Shown here in pieces: positions 1-11,628 of a DNA stretch of 64,000 nt. The DNA is taken from contig NC_045697.1 in the NCBI RefSeq assembly GCF_009834535.1, positions 66,466,001-66,530,000 of the forward strand, read 5' to 3'. Origin of the DNA: Camelus ferus. Taxonomy: Eukaryota. Both the position numbers and the translations under genes were made by a program. Every line of letters starts with the position of its first letter. The first letter of the stretch is position 1. A model generated the notes under the pieces. That model was given only the letters and a program-made list of their open reading frames with translations, had not been told where the DNA came from and did no database searches.

Positions 1-1753
1 GATAACACCAGATGTGATACCAAACAAATGAGAAGTCCATAGGAAATACAATTGCAATTACTTCTGTACTCAGAGGTCAATAATGACCTATTTATAACAT
101 GCTGGAAAACAGGTTATGGTCGTTGACACCCAGTTCACTGTTACCTCTGCAGTGTGATGAAGTTAGTTCCAGGCTGTGATTGAAGAGTGGAAGATGGAAA
201 AGGTGAGAGCTTGGTGAGAAACTGCATATACGTCCAATTATGCTGACAAGGTTGCCTAAGATTTTTTTTTTACTCAATTGAAATAAAATCTCTCTGCTAT
301 TTGGTAATGGCAGGCACCACTGCTAAGTCCACTGAAGCATAGCTGGAAAATCCAGCTGCCCTCACATCTGTTTTGCATGACCTTTCAATCATCAGCAAAT
401 ACTTCTGCCCCTAGGAATGGAAGTCTGGGTCGGCTATGGCCATGGGACTTTCTAAGCTATCACTATGGAAAACATATTGAAACAAAATTCACGCATGCCA
501 TGTACTGTGCCCAGAAATTAGAGACTTGTCTGGGTAGTGTTAAGGTTTTGACCTATCAAGAGTGCTCACACCTGCTTCTTACATTCAAGTTGTTAATCCA
601 TGGTTCACAAAATAAGACACATTATGAAATATGTGAATGGACTTCTCTGGCTTAAGTCTTAAGTGTTCAGGCTCTTAAACTAGTTCAAACTAAAGTAATG
701 TTGATGAAATTGTGTTTTTTAGGCGTCTAACGATTACATTTATTATATGTCAGAAACCTGTGTGATTTGACTTTACTCTCAGCTTCTTTGAGAGCCCTGA
801 CTTGCTTGACTTCCAGGTTGTAATGAAATGTTTTGAAAATTTAAAAAAGAGGGGAAAAATCACTAAAGAATTTCTTGAAAGGATTGTGATAAATTTCACT
901 CTCACATTAATAAATTTCCTTCTCACACTAACCCGATGGGGAGCCAATAGACTAAGTTCCAGAACACAGTTCAGTTTATCTCAAGACTGACTTCAGCTGT
1001 TGTCAAAGTAGAGCAGTTATACTGAACTTAAAAGCTGTTTGTAAATGTCCGAGTCAAGCATTCAAAGGGCTGGGACTTTGTTTAGGAGGAATACAGGCAC
1101 TGGTATTTGATAAGCCTGAGTGTGATTCTTGATCTAAAGTATCTCATTCAACCTCATGAAGTTCTCTCCCCAAGAATCACCCTAGTAAATTACAGTTTTC
1201 TCCCTCTCAGTGTTTCCAGGAATGTTTAGATGGGCACCCTGGGAAATTAACCAGCAGACCAACCTCCTTCACTGTCGTTCCCTCTCAGGAAAACTTCTGA
1301 CCTTGGAAAAGCTACAGAATTTGGCTGAGTCTGTGGAGTTTTTTTGCTTTTTCGTGTTTGTTTTCTCTAATGTGTCCCTTCAGCATCTCAGAGGATAATT
1401 CTCCACTGTCTTGGAGAATTGTTGAGACACAAATGAGATAGTGTATGTAACCCTGCCAGAGCCACAAACAACCTACTCAGCCTTTTCTTCTGGTATCAAC
1501 AATAAGAGATGCTACTCAAAAAGCAAATTCAAATTGCTGGTCCTCTGTTCAGAAAACGAGCCGTATTATGTAATACGTGAATGGACTGCTATAGTTTAAA
1601 TCGTGTTTCCCAAACAATATATTTGACCACGAACTGCTTTATTTAAAAAACATCTATTAATACCTTATTCTACATAATACAATTGGGGAAATACTGTCTC
1701 ATCTTTTTTCTCTTTTTAGGGTGTACACTCTAAGTCATGTCTGTCTTCACTTT

Positions 1754-1852
1754 TTTTTTTTTTTAATTTTTAATGTAGGTACTGGGGATGAAGTCCAGGA
1801 CCTCATGTATGCTAAGCATACGCTCTACCACTGAGCTATACTCACCAGCCCC
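1754..1852 (-). mobile_element. Vic-1-type tRNA-Ala-derived SINE (camelid)
   Basis: Minus strand reads GGGGCTGGTGAGTATAGCTCAGTGGTAGAGCGTATGCTTAGCATACATGAGGTCCTGGACTTCATCCCCAGTACCTACA (tRNA-Ala-AGC-like) plus an A-rich tail. 11-bp TSD GTCTTCACTTT at 1743-1753 and 1853-1863. Confidence 0.9.
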
Positions 1853-1868
1853 GTCTTCACTTTCTAAA

Positions 1869-2046
1869 CAAGGGTACTCAAACTTTGTTGTGTGTCAGAA
1901 TCTTCTGGACAGAACTAGATTTTTAAGCCTCATCCCTAGAGTTTCGAATTTAGTAGATCTGGAGCAGGTGAAAATCTGCCTTTCTGCTGAGCTCCCAGGT
2001 GACGCTGATCCCGCTGATCCCAAGACCACTCCTCGGGAAGCACCTG
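1869..2046. mobile_element. MER5A hAT-Charlie MITE
   Basis: Collinear with MER5A consensus: CA.GGT.CTCAAACTT...CAGAATC...CCCTAGAGTTTC...CCCAGGTGA.GCTGAT...GACCAC...GAAGCACCTG. Confidence 0.8.
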
Positions 2047-2060
2047 ATGTAGATCTAGGC

Positions 2061-2210
2061 CAACGCTTCTCACTTTAATATGCAAATACCCTGAGGATCC
2101 TGTTAGAAGGCATGCGCGGGCCCACCCCGGAGGCTCTGATTGGCTGGGACGGGGGTGGCGTGACTATATTTGCAATGCCACTTCGCTCCTGCTGGTGCTG
2201 CCGCGCCGCC
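2061..2210. mobile_element. Second, diverged MER5A-like element underlying the promoter
   Basis: Collinear blocks CA..GCTTCTCA, CTTTAAT.TGCA, CCTG.GGATC.TGTTA, GGGCCCACCCC, CTGATT, GGGGTGG, ATTTGCA, GGTGCTG. Preceded by ATCTAGGC, a Charlie-type NTCTAGAN-like target. Confidence 0.6.
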
Positions 2211-2290
2211 GCAGAGCGGAGTTGGCGGAGGGGTTCGCTCGCTCGGATGTCCTGAAACATTGGTCGGAAGCTTTCGGCGACTGCAGGTAG
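2075..2290 (+). promoter_or_regulatory. CpG-rich Pol II promoter and non-coding first exon of an unidentified gene or lncRNA
   Basis: Highest CpG density in the window. ATGCAAAT 2080-2087, GCATGCGC 2110-2117, CCCACCCC 2121-2128, CTGATTGGCT (reverse CCAAT) 2136-2145, GGGGGTGGCG 2151-2160, CTATATTT 2164-2171, CGGAAG 2265-2270. Donor CAG|GTAGAA after 2286. Confidence 0.7.
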
Positions 2291-2810
2291 AAACGAACGT
2301 TTTCTCTCTTCCTGTGGCGTCTAAAATCAGAGACTCACGCCTCAGTTTATGAAATTTAGATACCTAGAAAAAAGAGGATTTACTCTGGGGATTTTTGCAA
2401 GTTTTTACCCACCTCTTTTTCTTTCCAGAGTTCTGTGGCACTCGTGGGAAGCAGAGCAGATAAAACAGGTTCCGCACAGACCTGGCTGTTTCCTGAGCTG
2501 AAACAGTAAATGCCGCAGTCAGTGTGCAGCCCCCAAGTTAGGCGTTAAATTAAGTCTCACGTGGTACGGTTTCCCCATCATTCCGTATTAGGAATTTTCC
2601 TAACCTGTAAGATAAACTTAATGGGGAGGTGAGGGAGTTGGGTGCGGCAGTAAGTTAGAGAAGAGCACCCGCGGAGCCAGGAGTAATGCATTTGGGTGTT
2701 TGATTACTAATTATTTCTCTGATCCCGGAGATAGCTTGGGTCCAATCCTGACCAGACCGTCCATCTCTATAAAAATTAGATCAGTGGTTTCTACGTTTTG
2801 ATTGTTTTAG

Positions 2811-2857
2811 TAACTCTTGAAACATCTTCAGAAGCGACTACATAGAAGAGCCCAGAG
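2811..2857 (+). other. Candidate 47-nt non-coding exon
   Basis: Acceptor TTGATTGTTTTAG, donor GAG|GTAAGC. Splice motifs only. Confidence 0.2.
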
Positions 2858-3299
2858 GTAAGCATTTGGCACGTTAATTTCTTAGGGTTTTTTGTTTTTT
2901 AAGCAACAGATAGTTCTAATTTGCAAAACCTTCAAAGAAACTCTGGATTCTTCAGATTCTCAGGAACAAGATTTGTAAACTGTTTAACTGGAAGGCGGCC
3001 TAAATTTCTTCCAATGCGACATTCAACCACCTGTGGGATTGTGGATTTGTTCTGATTGATACACACCCATTCACATTCTCTGCAATGACTCAAGCTTCTC
3101 CTGAAGAATAATTTGTTTTTGTTTTTAATCATAATCCCTTTTCTTCAGTGCTCTCCCCTCTAAAACTAACAAGCAAGTTTTTGTTTGTTTTCTTTTCAAA
3201 CTATTGGAAACTACTTGGTCTAGGAGTTGGAGTGGGAGGAGGAAAGGTTGGTTGTCTGCAGCCGCGCGGGGAGGTCTGGGAGTTGCTCTGTTTTCTTAG

Positions 3300-3494
3300 C
3301 TGTGCTGTGCAAATGAACTGAAGGTTTAACACTTAGGTGCTGTTTGAAGATATAATACAACAGAGCCCAGAGGAGGGAGTGCAGGGCCGCCATGGACGGC
3401 CTGGCCCGAGGCCCCTCGGTACAGCTGCTCTGGGAGCTGCGAAGCTAAAATTTGTTGCCATGGCTTAAACCTAAACAAACCCCTGCCTGTTCTG
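3300..3494 (+). other. Candidate non-coding (5'UTR-type) exon with three short ORFs
   Basis: Acceptor CTCTGTTTTCTTAG, donor CTG|GTATGT. All three frames are closed near the 5' end. GCCGCCATGG at 3386-3395. Confidence 0.35.
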
Positions 3495-4524
3495 GTATGT
3501 AGATTATGTTCTTCGAGGACAGCACTGCTCACTCATTTTGCATCCATCTGTGTGACATACGGGTTTCAATCATTCCTCCGCCGTCTCCCATTCTAAAGCT
3601 GCAGTCTGTTACATGATATAGTGCCTTGTCACTTAGCAGCAGACGCCATGGCGTTGGAATCAGCCTGTTCCTCCAGATTTTCCCTGGCTATACTGGAACC
3701 TCTGTCCTCAGGGACCTTGCTGTGGGACCACCTTGCAGGCGTTAATACTTTTCCCACTAAGCCCTCTTGGACAGAGGCCAGGGTGGATGCTGTTCTCAGC
3801 GGAGCAATGAAGATTCCAGGATACGTTTAGGTTAATGTGGAGGCAAGAGAGCACAGCATCCCTCTCTTCATCAGGCTCATCTTAATTTCCTGTCTCTCTC
3901 TCTCTACCCACCCTCTGGGAAATGACTCTTTTTGGTTTTTTCTAGTACAATGATATTTGGCCTGATTCTTTAGGTTTCCTCCATCTCAGGACGCAGAAGC
4001 AATTTTAAGAACCAGAAGGTCTCCTAGAAAACAGCAAAATAACATTTCTAACTTCATGTAACATAGTAGGATGCTAGCAGATACATAGACATGTTTGTCA
4101 GTATAAAGTGTAACAGGTGAAAACTACAGAACTTACAGACAGAAAGCACAGATAACTTTAATCTGAGCAGCACGCACACATACTTTCCCTGTATTAGTGA
4201 TGTCAGTGGTATTTTCCTGGCAACGGAGAGAAAGGTGCTATGTGGTCTGCATAGTCAGACTTAAAAGATGCAAATGAGTGTCATGAGGAAGGCTCCTGGT
4301 TGGCCCTGGATTCTTGAAGGAATTTGTGTTGATCTTTAAGGGGCCATTTTGTTACCTGAGGTGTCGCACACATGTTTTCAATCTTGGAATGGGTGGGAAA
4401 AACCATCACTGGTAACAAGTCATGTTTATATCAGCTCTGAGAGCAAAATGTTAAATCTCATCCCACAAAACATTTCTGCAAGGGAGGTGAAAGGACATGG
4501 TCTATATACAGTGGTTCCTCATCC

Positions 4525-4955
4525 ATTCTTTTCACATGTTCATTCATTGAACAAACATGTATCAGAGCACCTAGCATTTTCCATGCAGCACTGAAGTCAC
4601 TGGGAATTTAACACAAGTCTCTTCCCTCCAAAAGTGTATGTTCCATCAGGAGAGGCACAGTGAACAAAGTTGCAATTGAACATACAGAGTATCGGGTGGT
4701 AAATGGAGCAAAATAAAGATGGGTGGAGGAAAGGCCAGGTAGGTGGGGGTGAACCAGAGAGGAAACAAGGGAGGGAGCCACGTGGTATTTGGAGGAAGGT
4801 TGTTCCAGGCCAAGGAAAAACCTTGGCACATTTAGAGAACGGCCAAGAGCCAATGTGGCTGAAGTGAGTGGGAGAGAGGGGAGACTAGGGAGGAGAGAAA
4901 GTGATTGGGAAGGTCCCAGAGGGCCTGGTGGGCCATTTTAAGGACTTGAGCTGTT
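4525..4955 (-). mobile_element. L2 LINE fragment
   Basis: ATTCATTGAACAAACATGTATCAGAGCACCTA 3' end, then GGAGCCA.GTGG.ATTTGGAGGAAG..TGTTCCAGGC and GCCAATGTGGCTGAAGTGAGTG, typical of L2a/b. Confidence 0.75.
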
Positions 4956-7434
4956 AACTTTAACGGTAAATGGTTAACAAATCCCTCAGGTTGGCATATG
5001 TTATTGTCTCTCTGTCTCTCTCTTGGTCCCCACGTCTGAGGCAGATTTTTGGCAACTGGTGGACCACATTCCAATGTCTGAATGAATGAAGGCCTGAGTG
5101 TCTGCTGCGTACTAACCACCTTTGACTTTTACTGTGATTTGCTCACAGGGCAGGGCTTCCTGAACACTCTATTTTTGGCTTGTAAGAGAAATTATGTAGT
5201 TCTCATCTTGATGAAATTTCACAAGTCTGGACTCCGTCTAATTTCCGCAATACAAAATTTAGTAGTCTTCAGTTTTCCTTTCCTTGTTCCTTGGCCTGGA
5301 GGGAGCTTGTTCTCACGGCGCTGCCACACTGAGAGATGAGCCTTCGATGACCCTCGCTCAGGTCAGCCCTCGGGGGGGGGGGGGGGATGGGCTTCCCCTA
5401 GAATTCTTAAGGGCCAGGATGGGTGGGAAGTTGGTGAAATGATCAGATGTTTTAAGTTGCTGAAGGCCCAGGAGATTAGATGGTACCTGCGTCCACAGCT
5501 GAAGGGAATCACGTCTGCCTTTCTTCCCACCATCCCTCCGAAGAGGTGTCATGGAACTTCACTTTAAAAGTCTGAGATGCTTGTTTCATTTGTCATTGAT
5601 GACCTCCCAAAGTGTTGCTAACCACTGTTTTAGAGAGCTGCCAGGCTTTGGGGAAATCACATTGTAATCTCCACCCCAAACATTTTTGTCCAGGAAAAGT
5701 AACTGTCAGGAACAGCTTAAAGGTTAAAGGGAGTCCCTGAAACATCATAAATGTGTGCATGTTAAGAGTGTGGACTTGGTTGGTGGTGGGTGGGGATGTC
5801 AGTGGATGGTGTGACTGGGCCCAGTGGACCTTGTTTATCTGGGTAAAGAAAACGGCTTCCTTGGCCGCCTTCCTCCACCTTGCCCTCTGCTCGTCTTGAG
5901 TTACTGCCCAGCTGGACAGCATTCAGCTTGTTCTTCAAACTGCTCTCTAGCCATGCAACAAAGTGTTCAAGTCTTTATAGATACTTCCCTCTAAATACAC
6001 ATAACAATGTTTGATACTCGGGACAGTGTTTGTTCCTTCTGGAATCCAGATACATGTGTGCATTTGCCAATCTGTGTGGCTAGTTTATGAGCTTTGGAAG
6101 ACTATCAACAGTTGACAGTTGATCACTTATCCCAAGTAGGAAAGGCTCATTAGTGTCGTGTCCCATTACCACCCTCCTCGACCAATCAGTCATCAGAATA
6201 ATTCCCGCAAACACGCCTAATTCTGTTTCCAGATCACCACCTCTGTGTGACATCATGGGAGCTTAGTGCAAATAAATCTCCAGAGAAACCTGTGCTGGAC
6301 AGATATTGAAATGGATTGCCGCAGGAGAGCATTACTTATCTCCTTAGAGAGCAAGGTTTATCGCTAAAGCAAGGTTTTGACAAAAAACACTCCTGGGGAT
6401 CCACGTACCTGGGTGTAGCCAAAGCATTTCAGCATCAAGTCTGGACATAGCCCAGAGCAAAATTAGAGCAGAATCTTATTAGCAGCTCAGAACCAGGATG
6501 TTCGGGGTACAAGGGGAAGCAGCTGTGGCAACATATTCTAGCTATTATTGATACTACTGCTGTTTAACCAGCAAGGTTGGAGAGGCTCCTAGTTGTGGCT
6601 GCTGAAATTGTCCCTGTTGGTGTTGAAAAGGCAATTGTTGAAGAGAAAGCTGCCTCCCTTCCAAGTCTTGAATTATCCTTAGTGGAAATTTTGTGTCACT
6701 GCAGGGGCTAGTATATGGCTTTCTGTATGGGAGGATGCTCAGGATCAAAATGGAAACTTACACAACTTCTAAGCATGTTCTTTTCAGATTCACTCCTCCT
6801 GAGGTTATAAACTGAAAGTGGGAGTTGATTATTTTCAACATATTCTCTTAAATCCAGAATGGGACAAAGAAATGACCAAAAAAATTGGTGATGGCAAAAA
6901 TACTTATGGAGGATAAGGCAGAGAAGTCACTGCAGATTTAGCCGGTGTAAGGGCAGTGTAAAGGAGTGGGATATATAGTTAGGCCTCACGTTTGTACAGA
7001 ATCCAGGAGAATGGCAGGTGGAGAGCAGACCCAAGTAGAGAACCGAGATGTGTCCAAGGATACTTCCAGTCTGGAAGGAGTAGGGCAAAGGTCGGGGGAA
7101 CGGTGGGCATTTAATAACCCAGAAGGTAAGAATTAGTGACTTTAAAGCTAGGGAAACTGCGGTTCAAAATAGTTAGTTTTTCACAAGGTAGTGAATGATA
7201 GAATCAGAACTTGGATGGCGGTCTTTCTTCAAAGCCCATGTTCTGTGCCTTCATCTATAAGTCAGAAGTGTTGGATTCACTTTGATTCCGAGAACATAAT
7301 GAAGAGAGATGTTCAGATTAAGCCCCTTAAAAGTCAGAGCTACATGAGAGTCTTGATTATCAGAATTTTTGTTCTGTATGTCAGAAATGGGAAATCAGCA
7401 GTCTATCTCCCAGTTTGCAATCTTTGGCCATCAG

Positions 7435-7682
7435 ATTAAAAAAATTTTAAACATAGTTGCCAACTGCTAAAACACTGAAGATTATATACCCCAGAGTGAG
7501 AATTCTGTCTTGGCTCTAGGAAGGTTTGGCAGCTTTTGCCTTTCTGATGGGAAGATGCTGGAACCCAGCAGCTGCCATTCCTTCTCGGGGGCACGGGCTC
7601 CTCAGTTGGCTCCCGTGACCCTGCAGGCTCGTCTCCCCATCATCTGCCTGCCCCTGCCAACCTTTGAGATCCAGGCCCCCGA
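7435..7682. mobile_element. MER102-like hAT-Charlie element
   Basis: AGTTGCCAAC...GGCAGC...CAGCTGCC...CTGCCTGCCCCTG..A..TTTGAGAT.CAGGCCCC resembles MER102. Confidence 0.55.
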
Positions 7683-9489
7683 CTTAATAACGAAGAGCCA
7701 CGAGTGCTCTCAGTAGGAGAGGAGTGCGATGAAGGAAGAGTTTTAAGAGGTAAGAAAAAGGACAAAGTGATAGATGAAAACAGGTCTTTAAATTTGGCTC
7801 ATAGGGCGCTTCATGCACTTGCTAGCAATCCTGAATATTCACCCCCTTCGTTCAAATCTCCCCAGTAAACAAGCTATTCTGGGGAGCAGTGTATGATTTG
7901 TAAGGTGAAGGAGCCAATAAGTGTGTAATGTTAGTGTTGGGAGGTACGTTAGCAGCTGAGTCCAGCCCTTGTTTTTAAGAGCTGAGGACAGAAAGGCCTG
8001 TCTAGGAAAAGCGATTGTACCTCAGGTGGCCTGGAGTGAGAGCTGTTCTCCACTGAATGTGTGAGAAAGGTCACTCATTTGTAATGTTAGAAAATGAGGC
8101 AAAGTGTCAGATTTGGGGTAAAAGTCCTATTGGAACTGTGCATTGAATAATGAGCCTGTTTTTGTTTTTTTTTTCAGTCTTTTGTGTCTCTTTATAACTC
8201 TTCTCAGTGGGTTTTGTGGTGGGCTGTGGCTCTCCTTGCAAACCTGTTTGCCCTGAGATTGTGTCTGAGATCGTGCGGAAGGTCTTGGCACCCCTCCCCT
8301 GTCTTCCACCCCCCAGTTCTTTGACGGAGAAGATAGCCGAGTCTACGTGAGGGCAAACCAGTGGCCTGGAAAATAGAAAATACAGACGATTTTTGGTTCT
8401 GACACCTTTGGATTTTATGTAGCATTAATGTTCCCAAAAAAACAAAATTCAGAGGCTGCCAACTTTCAGACTTTTCACACATTGACAACTATCATTTGCT
8501 ATGGAAATCATTACATTAAGAAAAGAACATTTTAGCATCAAAGTGGAAAGGACATGATCTCAGAATAACCGACAACTTTTCCTGAGAAAAGATGGTTGGC
8601 AATCTAGCCCTGACATATATATAAGAACAAATGCATCTATGTGAACGTTAACACGTAAAAACTGATCTGATCTTGCTCTGAGTGAGTGAACATTTTAACA
8701 TAGTCTGGTATTTGGGAACATTTGTTCTCAACAGCACCCAACTACAAACTGAAATATTTTTATTGCCACTGGGACTGAATTTTGGTTACTTCTTTGTTTT
8801 CCTGTTAAACCATCTGCCAAGTTTGTTTTTTAATCTGAAAGAGCCTACAAACGCCATCCTCTCATATTGACATATATATTTATAGTCGGAGCTCTGGGCC
8901 GCGTCTGAGTGTACTCCAAAACCTCACAGAAAAGGAGCCGTCTGCCCCGTGTTCTCGAATTCATGGTTCTGTCTGGTTGTAGCTTGATTCCTTTTAATAT
9001 AAGCTGTGCTGTCGAGGTGAATTTTGCTTGCTGGTGGTCATGGGGAAGGCAATTACAAAGTCTGACATTATTCTTGGAATGATTTTAAGCAAAATATCAT
9101 AGTTCATCAAAACCTGTCTGCAAAACGCCAACAAGTTAATAGTCATTTATGTACAGAAGGAAAAAATTACGGCTGCCAGACCACCTTCATGTGGGAGATT
9201 GGGCCATAAATTTTAAATATCCATTGTGAGAATTATATTATGTGTAAGGAAATCAGCATCCTGCAGTTTTATAAGTAGGCCTAGGAGGGCGTAATGCACA
9301 AAGAAAGATTTAACAAGAGATATAAGCAGAACAGGCAGATGAGAAGACATCTCTGAAACTTCTGGTGCCTCCTACAAGGCTTTTGGGAAAGGGCATAGTT
9401 CCTAAGGCTTTTTTTTAAACACAAAATGGTGGCGTGGGGTCCTGGTTGTTTTCAACATTTAGAACTGCTTCCACTTTTGAATACTTCAT

Positions 9490-9610
9490 GTGTGCTAAGT
9501 ACCTCATGTCGATCATCTAACATAAGCTTCAGAGGGGCCACAAGATGTAGGTACTAATGAAGCTGAGGTTTACTGAGACTGGTAACTTGTACATGTTCTC
9601 AGCCTGGTAG
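9490..9610 (-). mobile_element. MIR SINE fragment
   Basis: GTAGGTACT...GAAGCTGAGGT...GGTAACTTG...CAGCCTGGTAG. Confidence 0.5.
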
Positions 9611-10129
9611 GCCAGCCTGTGTCTGGCCATCATATCATAAAAGGCACTGTCTAAGGGCAGATGGATCATAGAAACGCACCCACTGGGCAAGGGAGTTATA
9701 AAAAGGCATCTGTCCTATGTCCACATAGCCTGCCAAGGGGGATACAGCTAAGACATCTTGAAGTGTGAGTATCGTCTTTGACAAGGGGCACCTCTCTTAT
9801 TACAAAGTAGGCACAGTCCTGCACCAGGGCACATGGCTTGGGGAGCAATGGGCTGAGTTTTATCTCCAGTTCTGGCCAAGCAACCCCCGCCCCCATGCTG
9901 GCCGCATTACATCAACTTGCCCTAGGCAGACCACAGGACAAATAGAGGGCCTGGGAGTCAACCCCAGGCAGTGTGACCCTGGAGGTACATGCTTAGGTGC
10001 AATCCTCCCTTATCTTTCTTACCCAGTTCAGCCCAGTGAGCAGGTGTCTCCATCATCCATGCGGGGGCCCCCAGCATTGTTCGTTCTTCTCTTTCCTACC
10101 ACTGTTCCATTTACCTAGGCTACGTATGC

Positions 10130-10510
10130 ACTTACATCCCCAGTGCCTGAGGCAGGAACCCTGCCTTCAAAGAATTCATGTTCTAGAGACATCACAATTT
10201 CACAAGCAATTAATTAAGCAGTTGATGCACCTGGTGGTAGGTGCCGGTGGAGGGAACATAAAAGGCGCCATATTCACACAAGCTGGGGCAGACTCAGCAC
10301 CGGAAGACTTCCAGGGGAAGCTGTGGCTAAGCTGGGACCTTTGGAAGGAAGAATAGGAGTCAAGCGAAAGAAGGGTAGGATGTGACAGGCCCGCTGGGTG
10401 GGCTGTGGGAAGAAGCAGGGTCAGGTCACAGCTTCGTGGGCCATGGCAAGGGGTTCACACCTTATCCTAGGGCTAAAGGGAACCATTGAATGGTTTTAAG
10501 CAGAAACATA
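10130..10510 (-). mobile_element. L2 LINE fragment
   Basis: CCCTGCCTTCAAAGAATTCATGTTCTAG...GGCCATGGCAAGGGGTT...TATCCTAGGGCTAAAGGGAACCATTGAATGGTTTTAAGCAG. Confidence 0.65.
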
Positions 10511-10614
10511 TCTTTTCAAATAATCCTATTTGTTCATGGAGTCGTTTTCAGATGACTTTAGAACTTTATAGTCACTTCATATAATAAGATCTTACCTGGT
10601 TTTTAATTATTTCA

Positions 10615-10870
10615 AACCACCTTCAAAAACACTTTCTAATCACCCCTAAAGGCTAAGTGACTCATTCTGGGTCTTCAGGCTAGACTTGACGCATTGCTGT
10701 CCTACTCCATCACAGCACTGAGCGTAATTCCATTGACATACCTATGTCTGCGATGCTTTGTTTGCTGCCTCCCCAACCTGAATATAAGCTCTGTGTGGAC
10801 AGCAACCTTGTCTGTTTTGCTCACTCATATGGTAAATATTCAGCAAATGTTTAAGTGAATGAATGGATGT
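10615..10870 (+). mobile_element. L2 LINE 3' end
   Basis: TATAAGCTCTGTGTGGACAGCAACCTTGTCTGTTTTGCTCACT...CAGCAAATGTTTAAGTGAATGAATGG tail. Confidence 0.7.
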
Positions 10871-11331
10871 CCCATGGCAAGTGCATGCTACTCCTCAATA
10901 TCTAGGGGCTCCCCAGCAGGTGGTCCTTGGGAGCTGGTGCCCAAGACATGAATTGTGAACTTCCTGTCACTGGGAGTTTAGAACATGCTTTCAGGATATG
11001 TACAGTTAAACTTGTTTTAATACAGCCTTCCCTGAAATTGACATACATGTCTTTTTTTTTTTTTTTTTTTTAAGAAAGCCTGTATCCATTCATGGCTCCA
11101 TTAGAAATAAAGTAGAAGTTACTGGAGTTGCTCACCAGTCACTGCAAGCTAAGGCTTTGCCTTCTTCGACAGAGAGAGGTTCAACATAAGTTTGGGAGAA
11201 CTCCAGAACTGAGGTCTTCACGACCCATGATACTGTACTGTCCCTTTACATCTCACATTTTGGGTTTCAAACTGGATTGTGTATTGGATGCTGCCAATTC
11301 AAACATTTGTTAATATCTAGAATTACACACG

Positions 11332-11572
11332 CTTTTGTTTTTTGTATATATTTTTATTGAAGTATAGTCAGTTTATAATGTGTCAATTTGTGGTGTATAG
11401 CATAATGCTTCAATCATACATGAACATACATGTATTCATTTTCATATGCTTTTCCACCATAAGTTACTGCAAGATATTGTGCTATACATTATGAACTTGT
11501 TTATCTTATATATAATTAGTATCTGTAAATCTCAAACTCCTAATTTATCCTTACCCACCCCTTTCCCCCCCA
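11332..11572 (-). mobile_element. Artiodactyl/camelid L1 3'UTR fragment
   Basis: T-rich tail, then TTTATTGAAGTATAGTCAGTTTATAATGTGTCAATTT.TGGTGTA.AGCAT...AAACTCCTAATTTATCC. Same family as 18761. Confidence 0.8.
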
Positions 11573-11628
11573 TATTTCTAGATATTGAATCAGGTTCTGA
11601 ATTAATCGGGAGCATATAGTTGGGGCCA

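Noticed and set aside
1772..1852. Functional tRNA-Ala gene
   Set aside because: A-tail, TSD, 5' extension and a degenerate T-loop/B-box (GGACTTCATCCC) show it is a SINE copy.
2075..2290. snRNA/Pol III type 3 gene suggested by the octamer plus TATA-like motif
   Set aside because: No recognisable PSE or known small-RNA body. CCAAT/GC boxes and a splice donor fit an mRNA-type promoter.
6554..6748. Gln-rich minus-strand ORF
   Set aside because: Short, non-ATG start, no splice context; arises from TG-rich low complexity.
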